Assembly: GCA_950097015.1 (NCBI GenBank)
Contig: CATNEN010000025.1
Coordinates: 7,192,001 to 7,256,000 of the forward strand
DNA from: Macrostomum hystrix
Lineage: Eukaryota; Animalia; Platyhelminthes
DNA length: 64,000 bases
Direction: 5' to 3'
A model generated the notes under the pieces. It saw nothing but the letters and a program-made list of their open reading frames with translations, was not told where the DNA came from and ran no database searches. A program made the translations under genes and the position numbers. Position 1 is the stretch's first letter. Each line of letters opens with the position of its first letter. Positions 1 through 11,500 of this stretch are shown here, in pieces.

Positions 1-1213
1 CCGGAAGCTTGATAGTTTTCGTCCCAGTGGTAGACGTGCCGGACGGAGATATGAAGCGCACTTCGTTGCCAGAGGTCAGTTCGATAACTGTGGTTTGATC
101 CGCGTCCTCGGACCGGAGGATGTGCTGTTTCATGCCACCTTAAAATGTTTGAAAATTATTTTATTAAGTAACTCCTCGAGAAGCAGAGCAAGCTGGGGTG
201 TCTATTGGGTGTGTGATAACGTGGGACGCCAACACAAGGATTTAAATCCTGTAGGTTTTCGAGTTGGACAGCGATCGCGGTTGGTGCACCGGAAAACTTA
301 GCGGTCAAATGTTTTGTAGCTGATTGTGTGTGGCTTACCTGTTCCTGCAGAATTGAAGATCTTGTCGGAAACGTAGACTGAACCCGCGGCCGCACCAGCG
401 ATGGCGGCGGGGTTGCTACCTGAGGCTATGGCGCTTGCGGCGGCGGCTATCACGACTGTTCCCACCTTTGCCAGGAACTCCAGCGAGTCGATGAAGTCAC
501 GAAAGTTCTTCGGATCAGTGACCTTCATTGTCACTCCGTCCTCCAGAACGTAATTCACCGACCACCTGGTGAAGGTTGTGCGGGACATTGGATTGATTTG
601 ATAAGCGGTACATGCAAATTTCGAAAACAACAAATAATTAATTACACCTGTACCAGTCCAGCCGTCAGAACAGCGGCAGCTATTGTGCGGCGCATCTGAA
701 GGCTGCGTACGGCTGTTCAGTCCATGGACTGGGGGGACGCCACGCCTACCCTCAATTAACCCAGATAATGCCGGTACCCATTTAACAGCTGGGTGAACTG
801 AAGCAATGGAAGGTTAGGTGTCTTGCTAAAGGGCACAATTTTATCCAGTGGGGTCGGGAGTCGAACCCCCGACCTTCAAGACCTTCAAGTCGTTAGTCCA
901 ACGCCCTAAAGAGGCGATAATTAGGTCAAACTATTCCATGCTTATTGGCTCACCAGTCTCTCCCGGTAGTGAGGAAGCCGGTGTGGTAAGTGACCTCCAA
1001 GTCTGTGCCCGTCTCTCCGCCATTCGGAATCCAGCCCTGCCAGGTGTACTTTTCTTTGTAGTCGTCGCTGTACTTGTGCACCACAGAGGCACTCGCCAAA
1101 CGTTGTCCAGTGCGGTTCCGGATGCGGACTCTAGCCTTGCGGACCGTCTTGCCCTCCACGAGGACGCTGAGCAGAAGCAGGGCAGACACGAGGAGCGTTT
1201 TGCGAAGCAGCAT
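1..1213 (-). CDS. Secreted PUD-1/PUD-2 (Up-regulated in Daf-2) domain protein; exons 1213-954, 565-339, 138-<1 (3' end outside window)
   Basis: Signal peptide MLLRKTLLVSALLLLSVLVEG. GT-AG joins keep frame and give ...VVHKYSDDYKE...YHTGFLTTGRDW|WSVNYVLEDG...DPKNFRDFID...FNSAGT|GGMKQHILRSEDADQTTVIEL...FISPSG. The motifs TGFLTTGxDWW and KQHILRSED are recalled as PUD1_2 family hallmarks. Confidence 0.8.
640..912 (-). mobile_element. tRNA-derived SINE with CORE-like domain (family A, copy 1), in intron 1 of the PUD gene
   Basis: Reverse complement closely matches 30903-31190. B-box-like GGTTCGACTCC. Central GTGCCCTTTAGCAAGACACCTAAC...CACCCAGCTGTTAAATGGG resembles the CORE-SINE domain. Confidence 0.75.
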
Positions 1214-2072
1214 TTCCGACTAACAGTTGCGGAAGGCGAAAGCGGTGAACTTTTATTAAAAGATTGATTCTCTAATTTAATTTCTGTGAGCAAAAGTGTC
1301 GGTTAAAGTGTGTAATTTCCTACAGGAAGTTCTTTAACTAAATGAGAATTGGTAATAAACATTTTCTTACCTTCTGCAGGCGTTGCGCAAAATTCTGGAA
1401 GTTCTGGAAGCAGCTCAAACCTGTAGCTCGTATTTTGGCCGGTTCAATTTAAACAAAAAACTTCAGCCACTTAAAATACCACAGTCAAATCAATCGTTAG
1501 CCCTATTATAAAAACTGGTTTGATCCGGTTATGCATAGGCCAGTTCACACAGTAGTCAAATCTATCTCTCTGTGGGGTAGCAGACCAACCCCCTCCTCTT
1601 TATGCAGCCAGAGGGACGAAAAACTACGTACATATGGGGGCTTAACCGACGTTCAGATAACCAGCCGCACAGTCCTCAATCCGGCCAGCCCTAAACCGAT
1701 GAGTCATGTTTAATTTTGCATTTAGCACCAACAACAACAGGATTAGCCATCTGTCTCAAGCACATATCTAACCCTCGCTCTGATTGGTTGGCGCGATTGG
1801 TGTGTTTAAAAAGTTTTAACCCAAACAATGTGAGTAAATTTCAGCTTTATTTCTAACTGCTAGTCCATCCATCCTTCCTCTACCACCTTTACAAAATAGG
1901 TGCAACGCTCTTGAAACCAATTGATTGAACCAATTTTGATCGCGTTTTCTCTAAAAACCTTTCATTTGATCCAGTTTATCTATTCTGTCTTAATCATAAA
2001 GGTTAATAAATCTTCGGTATAAAGGTATAACAGAAATCATTTTCCTATCATCATAGAGTTTCAATAGGCTGT

Positions 2073-2492
2073 ACTAAATGTAATTTCGTCTTCAAGGGGA
2101 ATTCATGCTCAGACTAAATGTAATTTCGTCTTCAAGGGGAATTCATGCTCAGACTAAATGTAATTTCGTCTTCAAGGGGAATTCATGCTCAGACTAAATG
2201 TAATTTCGTCTTCAAGGGGAATTCATGCTCAGACTAAATGTAATTTCGTCTTCAAGGGGAATTCATGCTCAGACTAAATGTAATTTCGTCTTCAATGGGA
2301 ATTCATGCTCAGACTAAATGTAATTTCGTCTTCAAGGGGAATTCATGCTCAGACTAAATGTAATTTCGTCTTCAAGGGGAATTCATGCTCAGACTAAATG
2401 TAATTTCATCTTCAGGGGAATTCATGCTCAGACTAAATGTAATTTCGTCTTCAAGGGGAATTCATGCTCAGACTAAATGTAATTTCATCTTT
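2073..2492. repeat. 40-bp tandem repeat, about 10.5 copies
   Basis: Unit TGTAATTTCGTCTTCAAGGGGAATTCATGCTCAGACTAAA, head-to-tail, no spacers. Confidence 0.95.
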
Positions 2493-2561
2493 AATCAAAA
2501 TGATTGCGTAGCTCCTATTTTAAACGACATTTTTCAACCTCTCCTAAATTGCTTCTATCAG

Positions 2562-5500
2562 GCTGAACGACTCAAACAACCAAAATGAGCACTGCAATGA
2601 GAAGATCGACCGCCTCAACCATGAGCTGGCCGATCGTGATGGTGAGATCGCCCTGCTGCGTCGTCGACTAACCCACCTGGAGGATGACAAGTCCAGGGTG
2701 AAGCAGCAGCTGGCCAAGATGAAGGAGGACATTGCCCGGCTTCACACGGATCTGGACGCCGAGACGGCGGCCCGCATCGGCTCCCAGACGGAGAATCAGA
2801 CGCTGAGAGAGGAGCTGGAGTTCCTCAAGCGGGTGCACGATCAGGTCCGTGTCTGGTGACTGGCCTCTTTATCAATAGATGCGGCATTGAAGCTCACTCC
2901 TTACTTCTTTAGAAAAAGCGTCGAACTTCCGAGTGAAAGCATGGATTTTAAGAGTGATTACGAGCTACATGGGTTTTAGGAATAACAGCAAGGATTTGAG
3001 TAATGACAGCATATTATTTTCTGAGTGCAGATGCTCAATGCTCTCACTCCCCCTCACGATGCAGGAGCTGAAGGAGCTGTATGTGCTCATCAAGCGAGAC
3101 GAAGACGACAGCCGCGAGTTCTGGAAGACGGAGCTCGGCCAGGCCATCCACGAGATCCAGAAGGAGTACGACGAAAAGGTTGACATGGTTCGCGTTGAAC
3201 TGGAGTCCATCTACATAAATAAGGTATGTTGCGAGTGTTTTTGAAATGTAAACTGCTGCTTATTTTATTTATCACGCATTCGATTTCTCGATTTTTCTTC
3301 TTAACCAAGAGGATAAACTTCCGGTGGGGCCGCTAACTTTACCCAAAGATCCCTAAACTCACATAAAAGTACCACTCCGAAAACTTCCCCTAAGATCTTG
3401 AACTTCCATTATCCCAAAGATCCCTAACTTCCCCCCATCCCAAAGATCCGTAACTTCCCCATCCCAAAGATCCCTAACTTCTCCCATCCCAAAGATCCCT
3501 AACTTCTCCCATCCCAAAGATCCCTAACTTCTCCCATCCCAAAGATCCCTAACTTCCCCACCCCAAGGATCCCTAACTTCCCCATCCCAAAGATCCCTAA
3601 CTTCCCCACCCCAAGGATCCCTAACTTCTCCCATCCCAAAGATCCCTAACTTCTCCCATCCCAAAGATCCCTAACTTCTCCCATCCCAAAGATCCCTAAC
3701 TTCTCCCATCCCAAAGATCCCTAACTTCTCCCATCCCAAAGATCCCTAACTTCTCCCATCCCAAAGATCCCTAACTTCTCCCATCCCAAAGATCCCTAAC
3801 TTCTCCCATCCCAAAGATCCCTAACTTCTCCCATCCCAAAGATCCCTAACTTCTCCCATCCCAAAGATCCCTAACTTCTCCCATCGCAAAGATCCCTAAC
3901 TTCCCCATCCCAAAGATCCCTAACTTCTCCCATCCCAAAGATCCCTAACTTCTCCCATCCCAAAGATCCCTAACTTCCCCACCCCAAGGATCCCTAACTT
4001 CCACATCACAAACATTTCCAACTTCCCCCATCCCAACTTCCCCCCATCCCAAAGATAAATTCCCAGCAATTCGCAAAGCCCTAACGCCCTAAAACGAAAC
4101 CATCTCTACCCAATTATTTAAAACTAATCGATTTCTGGTTAGTGCTAAATTGTCTCTTCCCATTTTACTAACCAAATTCACTGCCTTCTCTGCTTCAGTT
4201 TCGAGAGGTAAGTGCAGCCAATTTTTACTGTCTATTGCAAATTCCATAGTTTTTCAGTACAGCCGAAAAAAAGCTTTCGTTTATAAGTAGTTAACTTTTG
4301 TTGACTTAATTCAACCCCCACACACTTATTCTTTAATATGCCACGATTAACCCACCCATTGACCAAGTCATAACTTCTCATGCTGCTCCAGAGAACAGCT
4401 GATGCGGAGTCACGCAGAACAATTTGCCTAGTGTTATTGTCCCAACCGGTCTGCACATGAGATCGCATATTTTTCGTCGGTCATTTTTTGCCATCCGACT
4501 TTGCCATTTTAGCGCAATTAAAGATCTCCAGAATTCACACAAGTTAATCATATATATATTATTGTTCTATATTAATGACAAGCAGTTGACAAACTCTGGT
4601 GCACAAAACTCCACCGCATCTTATCTCTCCCGTGTCTCATCTCTCCCCTGTCTCATCTCTCCCATGTCTCATCTCTCCGGTGTCTCATCTCTTTCCTGTC
4701 TCATCTCTCCCGTGTCTCATCTCTCCGGTGTCTCATCTCTCCCCTGTCTCATCTCTCCCATGTCTCATCTCTCCCGTGTCTCATCTCTGCCCGGTCTCAT
4801 CTCTCCCCTGTCTTATCTCTCCCATGTCTCTCCCGTGTCTCATCTCTCCCGTGTCTCATCTCTCCCCTGTCTCATCTCTCCCCTGTCTCATCTCTGCCCT
4901 GTCTCATCTCTCCCGTGTCTCAACTCTCCCGTGTCTCATCTCTCCCGTGTCTCATCTCTCCCCTGTCTCATCTCTCCCGTGTCTCATCTCTCCCCTGTCT
5001 CATCTCTCCCATGTCTCATCTCTCCCGTGTCTCATCTCTCCCGTGTCTCATCTCTCCCATGTCTCATCTCTCCCGTGTCTCATCTCTCCCATGTCTCATC
5101 TCTGCCCTGCCTTATCTCTCCCATGTCTCATCTCTCCCGTGTCTCATCTCTCCCGTGTCTCATCTCTGCCCTGTCTTATCTCTCCCATGTCTCATCTCTG
5201 CCCTGTCTTATCTCTCCCATGTCTCATCTCTCCCGTGTCTCATCTCTCCCCTGTCTCATCTCTCCCCTGGCCCATATCTCCCGTGTCTTATCTCATCCGT
5301 GCCTCATCTCCCCGCGTCAGTCTCTCCCTGTCTCATCTCTCCCCTGTTTTATCTCTCCCCTGTCTCATCTCTCCCCTGTCTCATCTCTCCCCTGTCTTAT
5401 CTCTTCCTTGCCTAGTCTCTCCTGTGGTGACTGTTCCATCAGTAGCTTCATAAAATGTCTCAATTGTTTCAGTTCCGCGATCTGGCCAAGAACCAGAATC

Positions 5501-8500
5501 ACGGCAGCTCGGAGTCCAACTACTTTAAAGAAGAGAACAAGAAGATCAAAGACGCCATGGCGGAGCTGCGCAAGAAGATTTCGGAATTGCAGGCTCGGGT
5601 GAGATGGCTTTCTGGCCTAGGGTTATTAGACAAAACTGAGGAACCACCTGACAGTCACAGTCATTAGTGAAGTGACAAAGACCATAAACTAAGAGATAAG
5701 AAGTTATAATAATAAGGTGTAAATAATTAGCCAGGTGTAACTTATTAGTCACACCTGTGCACCCACCACCCCATACCTATCTAAATAAAACTACGGCCTC
5801 TGATTAGTCACACCTGTGCGCCCACCACCCCATATCTGACGATCACCACATCCAGAACGACACCCTGGAGCGCATGCTGGAGGACCTTCAGCGCGAAAAC
5901 GAGTCTGAGCGCCGTCGCCACGCCGAGGAGCAGGAGCGCCTCGAGAAGGAGCTCACCAGCACCGAGGCCGACCTGCGCCGTGTGCTCAACGAGCTGCAGG
6001 CCCTCCTGGACGCCAAGATCAGCCTGGAGCTGGAGATCTCCGCCTACAAGAAGCTGCTGGACGCCGAGGGAGTCGCCCTGGACAAGATCGACAGCATCAG
6101 CCGGCAGGGCAGCTTCAGGACCACCGAGAAGCCGACGGTGTCCATGGAGCAGCGGGTGGAGCGCCGCTCGGAGCAGCAGGAGAGTGAGTCTTTGTTCCTT
6201 CAGCTTGACTTGCTCTCTGTTGGCCGCCGCAATCTTTTTACTAGATGAAGAAATGACATTGCCATCTGAATACATCTTCAGCCCCAACCCGTGACCTCCC
6301 AGTCTAGCCGCTTCGCATTGTTTCGTTTGGCATTGACAAGCGGCTTCATGTAGTAAACACAATGGCTGTCCTCGCCTTGTTAATATAGCACACAATGCCT
6401 GTGTGTCTGGGGGATCTCAGTCTTAACAAGGAATTAGCTGGAACCATAGTCTCTCCCAATCAATTATCTAAACTTTTCTCTCTGCTCTTTCTAAGAGATC
6501 TGGCTGTCCCGACTACTTACCTTGGGCTGATCAATAATTCATTCTAGGCAAATACACTGCATATGCATATGCTACTTTATATTGAGGTATTTGACAAACA
6601 AACTCGACTAAGCAGAGAATTCTAGCAGACAAAAAACATTAGTTTGCGAATGCCATTTTCAGTGTCAAAATTCTAATTCCAATTGCTGCATTTGACTTGC
6701 TTTGGTAAGCAGAAAATTATTTTATTCTAATTTATAAAAGAAACTATATGGATATGCGGCACAGACTGCTGCACAGTAGTATGCACGGAATTCCAAGATT
6801 TTAATAAAAATGAGCTTAGAGACATAAAAGCCATAGAGAGAGGCTGGGATGTACGCAGATTGAATTGCTAGACGTGATTCGCCGCTAGGCATGCAGATTG
6901 CATTTTCATTGCACCTTTAGACATTTTCCGTTTGATTTGACTTCAACATTTTTTAGTTTATACTTTTTGGCCTGTTCTAACCACAGATGAATGTTGTTCA
7001 TTGCAATATATTGCTAATACTGATAAAATGTTTCGACTAAAATGTGTTTTAGTTTCAAAATTAGGTTTCGTACAATACATAGACTTTAGACTCGCGACCT
7101 ATTGCTTGCGTTTGTAAAAACTTTTATTATCTCGCATTAGACGACAATTAATTTCGGAACATTTTTCTACCTTTTTTTCACTCCAGTTTTCTGTGCTTAT
7201 TTAGAGTAGTATTTATTTAAACCCCTTTAGTTAGTTTTTTTACTAAAAAACTTGCGAAACGAATGAAAATGAGAAAATCTATTTCAAATGAAAACGGGTT
7301 CTGCAGCGGAATTACGAATATGTTGTATCATATGAGGCAAATCAGACGTTTTCAGTAGGCTTCAGTGAGCTGTGAGAATACGAGAAGGACTCCTATCGCT
7401 CTAACGCCTCACTCACTCCTTGAACCCAACTCACTCCCTGGAACACCCACTTTACGCCATACCTCAATCTCTGCCCCACCAACTCTATGCCCCACCTCAC
7501 TCCCTGCCATACTCACTCCCTGCCCCCTCGCTCCCTGTCCCCTCACTCCCTATCCCTTCACTTCCTGCCCCCTCGCTCCCTGTCCCCCTCACTCCCTGCC
7601 CCCCTCACTCCCTGCCCCCTCGCTCCCTGCCCCCCTCACTCCCTATCCCTTCACTTCCTGCCCCCTCGCTCCCTGTCCCCCTCACTCCCTATCCCTTCAC
7701 TCCCTGCCCCCCTCGCTCCCTGTCCCCCTCACTCCCTATCCCTTCACTCCATGCCCCCTCGCTCCCTGTCCCCCTCACTCCCTGCCCCCCTCACTCCCTG
7801 CCCCCCCGCTCCCTGTCCCCCTCACTCCCTGCCCCCCTCACTCCCTGCCCCCTCGCTCCCTGTCCCCCTCACTCCCTGCCCCCCTCACTCCCTGCCCCCT
7901 CGCTCCCTGTCCCCCTCACTCCCTATCCCTTCACTCCCTGCCCCCCTCACTCCCTGCCCCCTCGCTCCCTGTCCCCCTCACTCCCTGCCCCCCTCACTTC
8001 CTGCCCCCTCGCTCCCTGTCCCCCTCACTCCCTATCCCTTCACTTCCTGCCCCCTCGCTCCTTGTCCCCCTCACTCCCTGCCCCCCTCACTCCCTGCCCC
8101 CTCGCTCCCTGTCCCCCTCACTCCCTATCCCTTCACTTCCTGCCCCCTCGCTCCCTGTCCCCCTCATTCCCTATCCCTTCACTTCCTGCACCACCTCACA
8201 CCCCGCCCCACCCACTCCCTGCCCGACATCGCTATTGCTCACTCCAATCAATCTCGCCAAGATCATCTCCCGAAAGCAAAAAACTGGCCACACCGGTTTC
8301 TTGCAGTCACAACCCGCGGGTCAGGCTACCCCCAGCAGCAGCAGCAGATCGGCGGCAGCAAAAGCGTTGTCTACAGCAGCACCGCCAGCAGCGCCTACGA
8401 CGTACGTGGCGGTGCTGCGTCCGTTCAGCCGCCACCGTCGCTTTATAGACAGCAGCAGCAACAGCAGGGTTTCTCTTCAACCGGTGGCTCGTCCACCAAC

Positions 8501-11500
8501 ATCTAATTATGACAGGCTAAATTTTTGTTTTCCCGGCAGCTTGTCAATCTGTCACGTGTCTGGTTCCTAAAATGTTTTGCTTAGCTTTTCCTTTTCTATT
8601 TTCGGCTTATGTCGCCCTAAAACTTTTCTTTTAACTTAATCGCAAACTACCACATAAAAAACTTTTTCCCACTGCTAATTTTTAAAGAAAGCTTTATATC
8701 TAGTTTTTTAAGCTCTTGTCAAGCTGTCAAGAAATGTAACAATATAACGGCTGTGCCGCAGTTTCTTTGTAACCTACATTTTTTATATGCTTAGATTGTG
8801 GACAAACTTAGCGCCATATAGTTTGCACATGTTCTGTTTTGACTAAGTATTTTAAGCCTGACACTTACTGAGGCACCCCACTCCCTGCCCCTACCTGGAA
8901 GCCAGCTCACTCCCTGCCCCCAATCTGGCACCCACCTCACTCCCTGCCCCCAATCTGGCACCCACCTCACTCCCTGCCCCCAATTTGGCACCCACCTCAC
9001 TCCCTGCCCCCTATCTGGCAACCACCTCACTCCCTGCCCCCAATCTGGCACCCACCTCACTGCCTGCCCCCAATCTGGCACCGACCTCACTCCCTGCCCC
9101 CTATCTGGCAACCACCTCACTCCCTGCACCCAATCTGGCACCACATTTTAACAAAATTTATAACAAATCTAGCTCTTGATGAATGCTCGTATGCTGTAAT
9201 TAAACATGCCTGTTATGTTGATTGTCGAAAAAGAAATCGTAAAAAAAGAAAAAATATTTTTTTAATCAATGAATATTTTTCTCTTCGCATGCATCGGTGT
9301 CATGACTCTCATAGCAACAACTCAAACCATTTTTCTTGAGGACTTAAGCTACTCTTTTTGGTTCCTATTATTTATGTATCAGAAACCATAGCGACTAAAT
9401 GATAATACATGTTTTCCTGCCGTTTGAAAGCTGTTATAAAATTCGAAATAAAGCCAGTGACTTACAACCAATGCTCCTGCTGCTTTTGTCACCGATTTCC
9501 TGATTGAAAGCTAGTTATATTGACGGTGTCGCTGGCTGGTACGCCGACAAGCCTAACCAAAGCATGAGATTTTTTTCGTTTCTTTTTTTCCATGGTGTTC
9601 AATATCAGCGTACATCCCAGTCCTGATTGCTGAATACTAGCTAAAAGTACATTTAGGGTATATCGAAAAGTGCCGTTGCGCAAATGTGACAACAGAAATT
9701 TCAGTTATAGTGAGCAGTGGCCCAATCAGGTTTTGCCTTAGGGGGGCGGTCTAAACCTTTGCGTACATTGCCCCGCGGGGGCGGCCGCCATCCCCGCCCC
9801 CCCTGGTTGCGCCACTGATAGTGAGGTGTGCTATTTAAGGCTTCTTAGAAAATCCCCTATGTCGAATAAACTTCTTAGAAACTACAACTCTCGTGACATC
9901 CAACACATCACATCACATTAAAAACACATCACAGCTCTTATGTAATCAGACTAACAGGGGAGGGCTAACATTTACACTGAGAAGATAACAAAGGACTAGC
10001 ATCAAATTTATGAAACCGATGGAGAAAGTGATATCATTCAAATTAGTGGGATAAAAATTGGATATCATTCCAACAGTGGGATAAAAAGGGGAAATCATTC
10101 CAACAGTGGGATAAAAAGGGATATCATTCAAAATTGGGCTAACAATGGAATATCATTCAAATAAAAGTGGGATAAAAAGGGGATGTCATTCAAATACTCG
10201 TAGTGGGATAAAAAGGGGACATCATTCCAACAGTGGGATAAAAAGGGGATATCATTCAAAATTGGGATAACAATGGAATATCATTCAAATAGTGGGATAA
10301 AAAGGGGATGTCATTCAAATAGTGGGATAAAAAGGGGATATCATTCCAACAGTGGGGATAACAAAGAATATCATTCAAGCTGAGGGCATAACGATGGATT
10401 TAAATTAAAAAAGAGGGTACGATAGTGGGATAAAGCTCGAACTAAGGGGATAGCAAAGGGATTAGTTCATTTCAACGGAGGGACAAGAAGGTTGCAAAAT
10501 TCAAACTGAGGAAAAACGTCCCAGAGGCAGTGGGTGCTTAAGCCTGCTATCGGATGTTGTTCATTTATGGAACTGCGAAACGCATTTGAGCCAGAAAATC
10601 GTCCCCTGCTGCACAACTAACAGACAACTACCAACCGGTGCAAGCAGTAACCTCGGAGATCACGGCCAAGACTCAATACGAGAAGACCTACAAGGGCAGC
10701 GTATGTGTTGACGAGTGCGCGCCCGATGGCACCTGCATTGTGCTGCGAAATGTTGGAACAAAGGTGCGACCTTCATAACTCCTGCAATCACAAGCTCGTT
10801 GCATGAAAATCCGTTAGTATGATATAATAATAACAATAATAATCATTGCAGGGGTTCTGTGGGCAATGTCACATCATTTGGTGACACTAGACCCGCAGCC
10901 AGCGAGGAGGCAATTCTGCCCATTTCGCTGACTCCTGAGCACACACGCACACAGATACTGTACGCAGGCATAGCGCTCACACAGGTGTGTACATCTGCCC
11001 TGACTTTCTCATCGTCAGGCAGTGTACAGTCTCACTGTGCTTTGGAGGTTGGACCTCAAGGGCGTAAATTGCACGACAAGCTCCCAAGCCTTCTCTCCGC
11101 GGCTGCGCGCCCAAATAAATTCATGTGGCCTCACCGCGGAATCGAACTTACGGACCTTGGTGCGAGAGGCAAACGCGTACTAACCGCTCTGCCACCGACC
11201 CCCTCCGTTAGTATGATATCATTCGCTTTGATGTCGGCTAAATAATTTCATTTGTTGTTTGAAATTCGTTATATTTTAATGCGTTACTTTGTTATTTTTC
11301 ATTTTGATGTACTTTACTTTGATATCTGCTAAATTTACATCAAGTTACTTCGATATTGAGGGAACTTTATAGCCATTAATTATTCAGAAATCCGTCACTT
11401 CCGTCAACTTTACATCCTTTAACCGAACCGTAGACCGAGCGCCTCATTAACTGGCGCATTCGTCGCACAGTGGACGGTCGATTGAGTCAGCCGATCGCCG

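Noticed and set aside
2073-2492. CRISPR-like array (40-bp repeats; also the 41-bp and 97-bp arrays)
   Set aside because: Units are contiguous with no unique spacers, there are no cas genes, and the context is eukaryotic.
3410-4010. Interstitial telomeric repeat
   Set aside because: CCCTAA occurs only once per 25-bp unit, not as a (TTAGGG)n run.
4424-5602. 392-aa ORF and overlapping ORFs
   Set aside because: Translation of a stop-free 16-bp satellite, open in all three frames; only 5473-5598 is a real exon.
7365-8570. Long Pro-rich ORFs in three frames
   Set aside because: C-rich minisatellite artefact; only 8307-8506 is supported as an exon.
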